DNA of 64,000 nucleotides from Desulfobulbaceae bacterium UBA5121 (GCA_002414225.1 DHYV01000042.1:20878-84877), one strand, 5' to 3'. Positions 9,096 through 18,604 are shown, counted from the first letter of the stretch. Numbers and translations: made by a program. The notes: a model not told the origin generated them from the sequence alone.

Positions 9096-11249
9096 ATGAC
9101 GACGAATAGCGCCCCGACACTTGATACCCTTGCCTGCACAATGACATTCATGGAAAACACGTCTTTCACGGTGACCATTGAAAATTTCCTTGCCGGGGTA
9201 GCCGATGGTTATCATTTCCCGCAAGACAGCATTATGCACGACAGTGACGGCGGGCCGCAGGGTATCGCCATCACCCATCTCGATGCCTCGGCCGCGACAT
9301 ATTATTATTCGCTGGACGGCGGGGTGCAATGGACGCAGATTGACGCCGCCGCGGTCAACGAGAACCACGCCCTCCACTTGGCGGCCAACGATGACGGTCA
9401 AACAAAATTTCGTCTGGTTTTACAACATGATTTTACCGGAACGATAAACAACGCCCTTACGGAAAGAGCGTGGGATCAAACAAACGGCGTCACCAACGGT
9501 TCTTTCGCCGCGGTCACCCAGACGGGCGGCACCACCGCTTACAGCTCCGAAGCCGAAACGGGCACTCTGGTGGTACGTCCCGTCAATTCCACCAACACCG
9601 CCCCGACCCTGGATACCCTCACCTACGCGATGACATTCATGGAAAACTCTTCTTTCACGGTTACGATGGAAGAATTTCTTGCCGGCGTCTCCCATGGATA
9701 TCATTTCCCGCAAGACAGCATTATGCACGACAGCGACGGCGGGCCGCAGGGTATCGCCATTACCCATCTCAATGCCTCGGCCGGAACATATTATTATTCG
9801 CTGGACGGCGGGGTACAGTGGACGCAAATTGACGCCGCAGCGGTCAGCGAGAACCACGCCCTCCACTTGGCGGCCAATGGTGACGGCCAAACATTGTTTC
9901 GTCTCGTTTTTAAAACTAATTTCACCGGAACGATAAGCAACGCCCTTACGGAAAGAGCGTGGGATCAAACAAACGGCGTCACCAACGGCGCCTTTGCCGC
10001 GATCACCCAGACGGGCGGCACCTCCGCCTACAGTGCCGAAAGCGAAACCGGCTCCATGGTGGTACGCCCCCTCAACGCCACCAATACCGCGCCGACACTG
10101 GATACCCTTGCCCAAACAATGACATTCATGGAAAACTCTTCTTTCGCGGTTACAATAGAAGATTTCCTCGCCGGCGTATCTTCCGGGTATAGCTTTTCGC
10201 AAGACAGCATTATGCACGACAGTGACGGCGGCGCCCAGGGTATCGCCATCACCCATCTCGATGCCTCGGCCGGGACATATTATTATTCTCTCAACGGCGG
10301 GGAGCAGTGGACGCAGATCAATGCCGCCGCGGTCAGCGAAAACCATGCCCTCCACTTGGCGGCCAACGGTGACGGCCAAACAAAATTTCGTCTGGTTTTA
10401 CAACATGATTTTACCGGAACGATAAACAACGCCCTTACGGAAAGAGCGTGGGATCAAACAAACGGCGTCACCAACGGTTCTTTCGCCGCGATCACCCAGA
10501 CGGGCGGCACCACCGCTTACAGCTCCGAAGCCGAAACGGGCACTCTGGTAGTCAACAGTCCTACCGGAACGCTGTTAACAGGCGATAGCGGTGACGACGT
10601 CCTTTCCGGGGGCAGCGGCGACGATCAGCTGGAAGGAGGAGACGGCAACAATACCCTTAATGGCGGCGATGGCACCGACACCGCTGTTTATTCAGGTATT
10701 CGTAACGATTTTGAAATTTTGGACAACGGAAACGGCACCTATACCGTCGTCCATGGGGCATATCAGGATATCTTAAGCGGAATTGAACGCTTGAGTTTTA
10801 ACGATGGCAGCATGAGCGTCGGCTATGCCATTGAAGTACGCGACAACCAAGAGGAAATTTCTCGATTTTACAATGCCCTGTTCGAGCGTGATCCAGATCA
10901 AGCCGGTCTAACTTATTGGGTCAACGATTTACTCAGCCCGGAACTCGGCGGAAACGGCGATACGATCCAGGGCGTGGCGCAGGCGTTTACCGACTCACCT
11001 GAATTTCAAAGCATGTACGGAGCCAGTGTCTCAAACTCCGTCTTCGTCAATCTCCTCTACCAGAATATTCTCCACCGTACGGCCGAAGAGGCAGGCTACA
11101 ATTATTGGCTTCAAGAGATCAACGCCACCGGCGACCGCGGCAGCATGATCGTCGGCTTCTCCAATTCCGCCGAATACATAGGGGAAACAAAGGCGTCCGT
11201 AGACACGTTTCTCTCCACGGTTTCGTTAGACGGCTATATCCTCAAATAG
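9096..11249 (+). CDS. Repeat-rich RTX-type calcium-binding protein with C-terminal DUF4214-like domain
   Basis: Three 163-aa tandem repeats (each with APTLDTL...FMEN.SF.VT...RAWDQTNGVTNG). These are followed by glycine-rich nonapeptides (GGSGDDQLEGGDGNNTLNGGDGTDT). The C-terminus has FYNALFERDPDQAGLTYWVNDL / YQNILHRTAEEAGYNYWLQEI (DUF4214-like). No N-terminal signal peptide. Confidence 0.7.
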   Translation: MTTNSAPTLDTLACTMTFMENTSFTVTIENFLAGVADGYHFPQDSIMHDSDGGPQGIAITHLDASAATYYYSLDGGVQWTQIDAAAVNENHALHLAANDDGQTKFRLVLQHDFTGTINNALTERAWDQTNGVTNGSFAAVTQTGGTTAYSSEAETGTLVVRPVNSTNTAPTLDTLTYAMTFMENSSFTVTMEEFLAGVSHGYHFPQDSIMHDSDGGPQGIAITHLNASAGTYYYSLDGGVQWTQIDAAAVSENHALHLAANGDGQTLFRLVFKTNFTGTISNALTERAWDQTNGVTNGAFAAITQTGGTSAYSAESETGSMVVRPLNATNTAPTLDTLAQTMTFMENSSFAVTIEDFLAGVSSGYSFSQDSIMHDSDGGAQGIAITHLDASAGTYYYSLNGGEQWTQINAAAVSENHALHLAANGDGQTKFRLVLQHDFTGTINNALTERAWDQTNGVTNGSFAAITQTGGTTAYSSEAETGTLVVNSPTGTLLTGDSGDDVLSGGSGDDQLEGGDGNNTLNGGDGTDTAVYSGIRNDFEILDNGNGTYTVVHGAYQDILSGIERLSFNDGSMSVGYAIEVRDNQEEISRFYNALFERDPDQAGLTYWVNDLLSPELGGNGDTIQGVAQAFTDSPEFQSMYGASVSNSVFVNLLYQNILHRTAEEAGYNYWLQEINATGDRGSMIVGFSNSAEYIGETKASVDTFLSTVSLDGYILK
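9102..10568 (+). repeat. 3 x 489-bp tandem direct repeats inside the RTX/DUF4214 gene
   Basis: Repeat units start near 9102, 9591 and 10080. They are near-identical at both DNA and protein level. Confidence 0.85.
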
Positions 11250-11371
11250 CGGCCGGTTGCCGTCCGTCGTCATACGAGGAAATTCGTCCGCGGAGGCAAG
11301 CGAAACGGATTTAATTCGTCCGGCTCAGCCTGGCGCTCGCCATCGGTCATCAGGCTGAGAAACGCCAGTCG

Positions 11372-11668
11372 CTACCCCTTGCTCCACAGGGGGTCGTGAC
11401 CGAATCGATCCATCCACCAGTCCTGGTCGTTCTGGGGCTCGATCTCCTCGCGGGTCAGCGGCACGGGATAATTCTCACAGTAGTCGAGGAGCAACTGATA
11501 CGCCTCGGTGAGCGCCTGCATGGCCGCCGCGCTTTCGTCACCGGCCAGGTCCGGGTGGTGCTCCTTGGCGAGCCGCCGGTAGCGTCGGCGAATCTCGACA
11601 AGGCTGGCGCTTTCCGCCAGGCCCAGCAGATCACGGGCGGCGACGAGCCGCTGCCACTGCTCCTTCAT
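11372..11668 (-). CDS. J-domain (DnaJ-like) protein, 98 aa
   Basis: IRRRYRRLAKEHHPDL (HPD motif). Its start overlaps the plsY stop by 4 nt. Confidence 0.65.
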   Translation of the reverse strand: MKEQWQRLVAARDLLGLAESASLVEIRRRYRRLAKEHHPDLAGDESAAAMQALTEAYQLLLDYCENYPVPLTREEIEPQNDQDWWMDRFGHDPLWSKG

Positions 11669-12306
11669 CGTTTTCCTCCCTCGTTCTTCCGCCAGCTCTT
11701 CTCCTCATGGCGCATCAGCCGGCCGATGTTCTCGTGGTGCTTGGCCCAGATCAACACCCCGATCCCAACGGCCAGAAGGGAAAAGGGCAGCGAGCCGGTG
11801 AGCAGCCAGACCAGCCCCGGCATCATCAACGCGGCGGTGAGCGACCCCAGGGAGACATACCCCCAGTTGTAGACTACGCCGACAAAGATCAATACGTCGA
11901 TGAGGGTGGCGAGGGGATTTAGGTAGAGAAAAACCCCCAGGGCCGTGGCCACCCCCTTGCCACCCTTGAAGCCCAGGTAGAGCGGGAAGAGATGGCCCAG
12001 AAAGGCAGCGCCACCGCTTGCCACCACCCACAGCTCGACATCGGCGCGGCCTGCCAGCAACCGGGCCACGAGGAGCATGGGCAAGACCCCCTTGGCGGCA
12101 TCGCCCAGCAGGGTGAGCAGCCCCAGGGTCTTGCCGAGCTGGCGGGTAACGTTGGTGGCGCCGATGTTGCGGCTGCCGGCAAGCCGGACGTCCACCCCCT
12201 TGAGACGGCCCAGCAACAACCCGCAGGGGACGGAACCGACGAGGTAGGAAAAGAGTACCAGGATGACGCGCCCGGCGACAGTTGCGGCTACAGCGGAAAT
12301 ATCCAT
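11665..12306 (-). CDS. plsY: Glycerol-3-phosphate acyltransferase PlsY
   Basis: YLVGSVPCGLLLGRL...GSRNIGATNVTR...FKGGKGVATALG motifs. ATG at 12306 chosen inside the longer ORF. Confidence 0.85.
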   Translation of the reverse strand: MDISAVAATVAGRVILVLFSYLVGSVPCGLLLGRLKGVDVRLAGSRNIGATNVTRQLGKTLGLLTLLGDAAKGVLPMLLVARLLAGRADVELWVVASGGAAFLGHLFPLYLGFKGGKGVATALGVFLYLNPLATLIDVLIFVGVVYNWGYVSLGSLTAALMMPGLVWLLTGSLPFSLLAVGIGVLIWAKHHENIGRLMRHEEKSWRKNEGGKR

Positions 12307-12575
12307 AGGTTGCGTGATCTTTTGAGAAAAAACGTTGCCACCGGCCCGCCACCGGGCCGGGAGTTCAAAGGTCTGCATCATAGCACCTTTGACCGCCTTT
12401 GGCCGCTTCTTTTGCCGGTCCGGGCGCGCTTCGCCGCGTGACAAGGGACGCTCCTTGCGGTAGGATGGCCTGTAGCGGCGCCGCCGTCGCCCAAGCCCCG
12501 GCCCGCCCCTCACCCCCACACAGCAGTTACCAAGGAGCCGACACCGTGGCCATCGATCACCACCGGGCATCGTTC

Positions 12576-13028
12576 ATGCAGCAGGCCATCGACCTGGCCC
12601 TGGCCAAGATGACCGCCATGGAAGGCGGCCCCTTCGGCGCCATCGTGGTTCGCGACGGCCAGGTCGTGGGCCGGGGCTGGAACCGGGTCACCTCCACCAA
12701 CGACCCAACGGCCCACGCCGAGGTGGTGGCCATCCGCGATGCCTGCCAGCGGCAGGGCGACTTCCGCCTCGACGGCTGCGAACTCTACGTCAACTGCGAG
12801 CCCTGCCCCATGTGCCTGGCAGCCGCCTACTGGGCCGGGATAACGACCATCTACTACGCCGCCGACCGTACCGACGCCGCGGCCATCGGCTTTGCCGACG
12901 ACCATATCTACCGGGAGTTCGCCCGCCCGGTGACCGAACGCGCCATCCCCATGGTGCAGCTCATGCGCGAAGCGGCCCTGCCCGGATTCGCCGCCTGGGA
13001 GGCGATGGAAGACAAGATCCCCTACTGA
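12576..13028 (+). CDS. guaD: Guanine deaminase (CDA-fold nucleoside deaminase)
   Basis: GGPFGAIVV...NDPTAHAEVVAIR...CEPCPMCLAAAYWA...YYAA..TDAAAIGF closely mirrors the GuaD pattern as I recall it from Bacillus. Confidence 0.75.
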   Translation: MQQAIDLALAKMTAMEGGPFGAIVVRDGQVVGRGWNRVTSTNDPTAHAEVVAIRDACQRQGDFRLDGCELYVNCEPCPMCLAAAYWAGITTIYYAADRTDAAAIGFADDHIYREFARPVTERAIPMVQLMREAALPGFAAWEAMEDKIPY

Positions 13029-13170
13029 GGCCCACGGTGCGCCGCCTCCGGGCCGCCGTTTTTTTATTACCATAGCCTGACAAACGAAATACCCTCCGCA
13101 CCAAGCCGGCGACGCCGCCACCACGGCCCGGTTACTGCTCCTAAAAGCTTTTGAATACCCAGTATTCTGG

Positions 13171-13290
13171 AACTGTTCAGCAGTGCTGCAGATGCGCGGA
13201 AGAGGCCTGTCCGCTATACACGAAGTATGCGGGCAGGCCGATGACAAAGCAGATGCGGTGCTGCTGAACAGTTACAAAAAAGATTTTTTT
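13171..13290 (+). other. Long nested imperfect hairpin followed by a T8 run (terminator-like or structured RNA/REP-like element)
   Basis: Outer arms AACTGTTCAGCAG (13171-13183) / CTGCTGAACAGTT (13261-13273). Inner arms GGCCTGTCCGC (13204-13214) / GCGGGCAGGCC (13229-13239). Then A6-GA-T8. Confidence 0.4.
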
Positions 13291-13298
13291 TATCCTCC

Positions 13299-13340
13299 TT
13301 GACCCAAGTCAAAGTTTTCTCCCGCGCTGGCCGCTATCCT
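13299..13340 (+). promoter_or_regulatory. CRP/FNR-family (HcpR-type) binding palindrome plus -10 element of a class II-like hcp promoter
   Basis: TTGACccaaGTCAA at 13299-13312. TATCCT at 13335-13340 starts 29.5 bp from the palindrome centre, matching the class II (-41.5) geometry. Confidence 0.5.
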
Positions 13341-13407
13341 GGGGTCAACAGCAAGTGACCCGGAATAGCTCATTCACCTTCAATACCCCTATATAAGGAG
13401 AAAAGAA

Positions 13408-15039
13408 ATGTTCTGTTACCAGTGTGAGCAAACGGCCCAGGGAAAAGCATGCACCTCCATCGGCGTCTGCGGCAAGCAACCGGATGTCGCCGCCTTGCAG
13501 GATCTTTTGACCCACGCCGTGCAGGGGCTTTCCCTCTACGCCGTAGAGGGCCGCAACAAGGGTATCGTCGATGCCGAGACCAACCTCTTCACCTGCGAGG
13601 CGATCTTCTCCTGCCTGACCAACGTCGACTTCGATCCGGCCCGCTTTGAACAGATGATCCGCAAGGCGGTGACGCTCCGCGAGGCCATGAAGGCCAAGGT
13701 GGCGGCCGCCGGCGGCAAGACCGATTTTACCCAGGCCGCGGCCTCCTTCTCCCCCGCCGGGACCATGGCCGAGTTGGTCAAGCAGGGCGAGGCGGTGGAA
13801 CTCCACCCCAACCCCACCGGCAACCCGGATATCGAATCGTTGAAGATGATCCTCATGTTCGGCCTGCGCGGGGTTGCCGCCTACACCGATCACGCCAAGA
13901 TCCTCGGCCAGGAGGATGACGCGGTCTACGCCTTCATCCACCAGGCCATGGCCACCCTGCTGCGCGACGACCTCTCGGCCGACGACTGCATCGGCGCGGC
14001 CATGAAGTGCGGCGAGATGAACTTAAGGGCCATGGAGTTGCTCGACGCCGGCAACACCGGTGCTTACGGCCATCCGGTGCCCACCGAGGTACCCCTGGGC
14101 GCCAAGGCGGGCAAGGCTCTCCTGGTTTCCGGCCACGATCTCAAGGATCTCGACCAGATCCTCCAGCAGACCGCCGGCAAGGGGATCAACGTCTACACCC
14201 ACGGCGAGATGCTGCCCTGCCACGGCTACCCCGAACTCAAGAAGCATCCCCATTTCCACGGCCACTACGGCACCGCCTGGCAGAACCAGCAGAAGGAGTT
14301 CGCCGCCTTCCCCGGCGCCATCGTCATGACCACCAACTGCATCCAGCGGCCCAAGGGCGAGTACCAGGACAACATCTTCACCACCGGCCTGGTGGGCTGG
14401 CCCGGGGTCACCCACATCGGCGACAATAAAGACTTCTCGCCGGCCATCGACAAGGCCCTGGCCATGCCGGGCTTCGGCTCCGACACCGACAAGGGCTCGG
14501 TGATGGTGGGATTCGCCCGCAACACGGTGATGAGTGTCGCAGGCCAAGTGATCGAGGCGGTGAAGAACAAGGCCATCCGCCACTTCTTCCTGGTGGCCGG
14601 CTGCGACGGCGCCAAGCCGGGCCGCAACTACTACACCGAGTTCGTCGAGAAGGTGCCGGCGGACTGCATGGTGCTGACCCTCGCCTGCGGCAAGTTCCGC
14701 TTCTTCGACAAGAAGCTCGGCGCCATCGGCGGCATCCCGCGGCTGCTCGACATCGGCCAGTGCAACGACGCCTACTCGGCCATCCAGATCGCCGTGGCCC
14801 TGGCCGGCGCCTTCGAGTGCGGGGTCAACGACCTGCCGCTCTCCCTGGTGCTCTCCTGGTACGAGCAGAAGGCGGTGGCGATCCTGCTCACCCTGCTCCA
14901 CTTAGGCATCAAGGACATCCGCCTCGGACCCAGCCTGCCCGCCTTCATCACCCCGGGCGTGCTCGATGTCTTGGTCAAGAACTTTGACATCAAACCGGTG
15001 TCTACTCCGGATGAGGACTTGAAGACCATTCTCGGCTAA
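13408..15039 (+). CDS. hcp: Hydroxylamine reductase / hybrid cluster protein
   Basis: MFCYQCEQTAQGKACT N-terminal cubane cysteine motif. 543 aa. AAGGAG RBS. Confidence 0.9.
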   Translation: MFCYQCEQTAQGKACTSIGVCGKQPDVAALQDLLTHAVQGLSLYAVEGRNKGIVDAETNLFTCEAIFSCLTNVDFDPARFEQMIRKAVTLREAMKAKVAAAGGKTDFTQAAASFSPAGTMAELVKQGEAVELHPNPTGNPDIESLKMILMFGLRGVAAYTDHAKILGQEDDAVYAFIHQAMATLLRDDLSADDCIGAAMKCGEMNLRAMELLDAGNTGAYGHPVPTEVPLGAKAGKALLVSGHDLKDLDQILQQTAGKGINVYTHGEMLPCHGYPELKKHPHFHGHYGTAWQNQQKEFAAFPGAIVMTTNCIQRPKGEYQDNIFTTGLVGWPGVTHIGDNKDFSPAIDKALAMPGFGSDTDKGSVMVGFARNTVMSVAGQVIEAVKNKAIRHFFLVAGCDGAKPGRNYYTEFVEKVPADCMVLTLACGKFRFFDKKLGAIGGIPRLLDIGQCNDAYSAIQIAVALAGAFECGVNDLPLSLVLSWYEQKAVAILLTLLHLGIKDIRLGPSLPAFITPGVLDVLVKNFDIKPVSTPDEDLKTILG

Positions 15040-15119
15040 ACTGATGGCCGGCCGGCGGACGGTGCCCATGGTCGCCGCCGCCGGCCGCCATCAACCAACC
15101 ACGACAAGGGAGAACCACC

Positions 15120-15878
15120 ATGCAATGCCCTGGCCAGGACAACCGCTACTGGGACGGCAGCGCCGTTTTCGAGGCCCCCTGCCCCGAATGCGGTGCAGCG
15201 ATCGAGTTTTTCAAGGACGACGCCACCCGCGTCTGCAAGGGCTGCGGCCACAGGATGATGAATCCCAAGATGGATTTCGGCTGCGCCGCCTACTGCCCAT
15301 ACGCCAAGCACTGTTTGGGCGAGCTGCCACCGGAGCTGGTGGCCGGCAAGCAGGATCTGCTCAAGGAACAGGTGAAGCTTGAGATGCAGAAATACTTCGG
15401 CGATGACGCCAGGCGCATCGCTCACGCCGGCCGGGTGGCCCGCTACGCCGAGGAGATCGGCCGGGCCGAGGGCGCCAACGACGCGGTACTCATCATCGCC
15501 GCCCATCTCCACGACATCGGCATCCACGAGGCGGAGCGCAAGCACAACTCCACCGCCGCCCGCTACCAGCACGCCGAGGGGCCGCCCATCGCCCGCGAGA
15601 TCCTGGAGCGGCTCGCCGCCCCGCCGGGACTCATCGAAGAGGTCTGCGACATCGTCGGCCATCACCACCGGCCCAGGCCCGAGGAGACGGTGAACTTCAA
15701 GTGCCTCTACGACGCCGACCTGATCACCAACCTCGAGGAGGAACAGCGGGGCCGAGAGCGGCCCACCCCGCCCGCGCATCTGGCCAAGATCATCGACCGC
15801 TCCTTTCTGACCGAAAGCGGTCGGACACTGGCGGCAAGGGTGCTCGCCCCCGCCACAGAGGCCGCCGGCAACCACTGA
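15120..15878 (+). CDS. HD-domain phosphohydrolase with N-terminal zinc ribbon
   Basis: CPECG...CKGCGH zinc ribbon, then HAGRVARYAEEI...AAHLHDIG...GHHH (HD domain). Confidence 0.6.
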   Translation: MQCPGQDNRYWDGSAVFEAPCPECGAAIEFFKDDATRVCKGCGHRMMNPKMDFGCAAYCPYAKHCLGELPPELVAGKQDLLKEQVKLEMQKYFGDDARRIAHAGRVARYAEEIGRAEGANDAVLIIAAHLHDIGIHEAERKHNSTAARYQHAEGPPIAREILERLAAPPGLIEEVCDIVGHHHRPRPEETVNFKCLYDADLITNLEEEQRGRERPTPPAHLAKIIDRSFLTESGRTLAARVLAPATEAAGNH

Positions 15879-15974
15879 GCCGGCCCGCGCCCCGCGCACC
15901 AGGGGCAGCATGCAACACCAGAAATTTAGAGCAAGACGCCAGCCGACCACCCGGCGTTGACGGAGGAGGAAGCC

Positions 15975-16736
15975 ATGAAAGTCATGCGGAAGATTATCGA
16001 GATAGACGAAGATTTGTGCACCGGCTGTGGTGAATGCGTTCCCAACTGCGCCGAAGGGGCGCTCCAAATCGTGGACGGCAAGGCGCGGATGCTCGCCGAC
16101 AAGTACTGCGACGGCCTGGGCGCCTGCCTGGGGCACTGCCCCACCGGCGCACTCAAGATCATCGAGCGGGAAGCGGACGACTTTGACGAGCAGGCGGTGC
16201 ATGAGCTGCTGGCAAGCCAGAAGAAGACCGCGGCCCAGGCCGCCATGGCCTCGCCGGCCGGCGGCTGCCCCTCGGCGCGGCTCGCCACCTTTGCCCCGGT
16301 TACCCCCTGCCAGGCGGCCAATGTGCCCACCGGCCACGCCGCGGCGGCGGGCTCGGCACTCAGTCACTGGCCGGTACAGATCCGGCTCATTCCGGCCTCG
16401 GCGCCGTTCTTGAAAAACGCCGACCTGCTGGTGGCAGCCGACTGCACCGCCGCGGCCTACGCCGGGTTCCATCCCGACCTGCTGGCCGGCAAGGTGATGA
16501 TGATGGGCTGCCCCAAGTTCGACGACGCCGAGAGCTACGTGCAGAAATTTGCCGAGGTGTTCGCCACGGCCCGGCTCAACTCCCTCACCATGGCGATCAT
16601 GGAAGTGCCCTGCTGCGGCGCCATGCGCGGCATCATTCAGGAGGCCATGCGGAGGAGCGGGGTTACGGTCAAAGTCGAAGAGGTGGTGATCTCCACCCGC
16701 GGCGAGATCATCCGCCGCGGCCCCATGGGGCCGTGA
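15975..16736 (+). CDS. 4Fe-4S dicluster-domain protein (hcp-associated ferredoxin-like)
   Basis: CTGCGECVPNCAEGAL and CDGLGACLGHCPTGAL cluster motifs. ATG at 15975 sits behind GGAGGAGGA; the track start TTG 15957 lies inside the RBS. Confidence 0.65.
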   Translation: MKVMRKIIEIDEDLCTGCGECVPNCAEGALQIVDGKARMLADKYCDGLGACLGHCPTGALKIIEREADDFDEQAVHELLASQKKTAAQAAMASPAGGCPSARLATFAPVTPCQAANVPTGHAAAAGSALSHWPVQIRLIPASAPFLKNADLLVAADCTAAAYAGFHPDLLAGKVMMMGCPKFDDAESYVQKFAEVFATARLNSLTMAIMEVPCCGAMRGIIQEAMRRSGVTVKVEEVVISTRGEIIRRGPMGP

Positions 16737-16762
16737 GGAAAGCACCTTCCTCTTCATAACGC

Positions 16763-16804
16763 AAAAAGCCCGGCATCCCGTCCCAGGGGATGCCGGGCTT
16801 TTTT
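16763..16804 (+). terminator. Rho-independent terminator of the hcp cluster
   Basis: GCCCGGCATCCC / GGGATGCCGGGC stem followed by T6. Confidence 0.75.
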
Positions 16805-17248
16805 ACGATGCCGAGGCAGTGACGTTGTCGAGGTTGCGGTTGACCAGTCCACAGGCAACCGCCAACGCTACCGGCCGGCAAACAGACTCCGAATAGGTTC
16901 CCAAAACCTCAGTCACCTCTTTCCAGCTCAAACGCATAGCCAGCGGGCAAGAAGCCGGGCATAGGCGGTGGTCAGGTGGTTATTGCTCGCGGCTTGCGGA
17001 ATTCGTTCGCCCTTCACCCCGCAGGTTACCCAGTCGACCCTGCGCGTTGCCTAGAGGAAGAACACCGTCAGACCCCAAAAAGGAACGACCCCGAGGCGGC
17101 CGCGCTTCAAGCAGATCGGTCGGCTTTCTTACCGGGGCCGAATTTCAACGTCAAGCGTCATCCGTGTCCGCCATTCATCCCAGCGGACAGCGCCACACAT
17201 AAAACCTGTGTGCAACTGCAACCGGTTCAGGATAGACTTGAGCCGCAT
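16803..17248 (-). pseudogene. Decayed, 3'-truncated ISL3-family transposase fragment
   Basis: The minus-strand translation reads as follows (* = in-frame stop, / = frameshift, [del] = internal deletion). MRLKSILNRLQ...LDVEIRPR*ESRPIC[del]VVPFWGLTVFFL*ATRRVDWVTCGVKGERIPQAASNHLTTAYARLLARW/RLSWKEVTEVLG...AVACGLVNRNLDNV. This follows the ISL3 N-terminal zf/HTH pattern as I recall it. It carries 2 in-frame stops, 1 frameshift and an internal deletion, and the catalytic part is missing. Confidence 0.6.
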
Positions 17249-17598
17249 CCCGTCTTTTCCTCTTTGGCCATGGATTTCTTAGTCGATGTCCATAATTCCA
17301 AAAAGGACGGCGGCATGCTTTGTTCTCATCCTCCGTCAGGGGGCGAATTTACACGGCAAACACAGCCAAAGACCCTGACGGGTACCCACAAATTCTGCTT
17401 AAGACCCGAAAAAGCAAACAAACCACCAAGGACTCGCCTGGCTATTTTCATTCAATTTCCAGCATGCACAATTGAAACAAAAGAAAAAAAATCACCAGCA
17501 ATCGGTTCGACCTGCCCGTTATCACATCGCGGCGTTGACGCGACAAATATTCTGGCCCGCGCCTGACTCTGCTTCTACAGAATGCTTATACTCTTCGG

Positions 17599-18423
17599 AT
17601 GGTCAAGATAATGAATATTGAATCATTGAAACTGGTTTATTTTTCACCAACGGGAACTACCAAAAAAATTATTGAAGCAATTGCACGCGGGATAGGGCAT
17701 CATCCAAATGAGCAACTTGACATTACGAAACCGAAAAACAGAAACAGGCAACTAATGACATCTAAAAACGAATTGATTCTCGTCGGAGTTCCTGTTTACT
17801 TTGGGCGAGCCCAGGAAAATGCAATTAACTGGCTGAAAACAATTAAAGGAAACAGCACTCCAGCGGTTTGTGTCGTCGTCTATGGCAATCGAGAATATGA
17901 CGATTCCCTTCTTGAACTCAAAGAAATCATGACAAAAAACGGATTCATACCTATTGCCTGTGCTGCATACATAGGTGAACATTCATTTTCTAATTTTCAA
18001 ACCCCGATAGCTGCTGGTCGCCCTGATGCCAAGGATATATTGCATGCGGAATCTTTCGGCGTTGAGATCAGAAACAAAATAGAGTCAACTGCTGAAATCA
18101 GCTTACTCCAAGAGATTTCAGTGCCGGGAAAATATCCTTTTATTGACATGGCGGCCAGCAAAAAAAATTTATTTGGCGTTGACCTTGTTGATGTTGGTAG
18201 TCAATGCGTACAATGTGGTGGATGTGCACTGGTTTGCCCTGTTGGCGCCATTGATATTGAACGAAGTGCGTCAGTTGACAAAAACAAATGCATTTTGTGC
18301 CACGCCTGCGTTAAGCATTGTCCAACAGGTGCGCGAACCGTAAAAGACACAATGGTCAAGAATATAGCACTTCGGATGAGCGACTCGCTTCAAAATCGAA
18401 AAGAACCTAGGTCATTTATGTAA
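17599..18423 (+). CDS. Flavodoxin-like domain fused to 2x[4Fe-4S] ferredoxin (EFR1-type)
   Basis: LVYFSPTGTTKKIIEAIA flavodoxin-like N-terminus. C-terminal CVQCGGCALVCP and CILCHACVKHCP motifs. Clearly lower GC than neighbours. Alternative start ATG 17611. Confidence 0.65.
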   Translation: MVKIMNIESLKLVYFSPTGTTKKIIEAIARGIGHHPNEQLDITKPKNRNRQLMTSKNELILVGVPVYFGRAQENAINWLKTIKGNSTPAVCVVVYGNREYDDSLLELKEIMTKNGFIPIACAAYIGEHSFSNFQTPIAAGRPDAKDILHAESFGVEIRNKIESTAEISLLQEISVPGKYPFIDMAASKKNLFGVDLVDVGSQCVQCGGCALVCPVGAIDIERSASVDKNKCILCHACVKHCPTGARTVKDTMVKNIALRMSDSLQNRKEPRSFM

Positions 18424-18604
18424 AATATTGAAGTCGACCGAACGGCAAACTGGGTCGACCAAAGCTAACCATTCAACGGCATAAGACAATTAAGGCCGAC
18501 TTGACTTGCAATTGATTTATATCGTTAGGGTGAATTTTCTATTCTTGGTCCCGAATGAACCTTACGCCCCTGGTGAAACCGGAGGGGTGACGCCCCCACC
18601 AACA

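Noticed and set aside
9102-10568. Regularly spaced repeats, considered as a possible CRISPR-like or other non-coding array.
   Set aside because: The units are 489 bp, contiguous with no spacers, and lie in one uninterrupted reading frame encoding a repeated protein domain.
16976-17566. 196-aa plus-strand ORF between the hcp cluster and the flavodoxin-ferredoxin gene.
   Set aside because: No RBS and an unconvincing composition. Its 5' part is antisense to the recognisable ISL3 transposase remnant, and the rest is AT-rich spacer.
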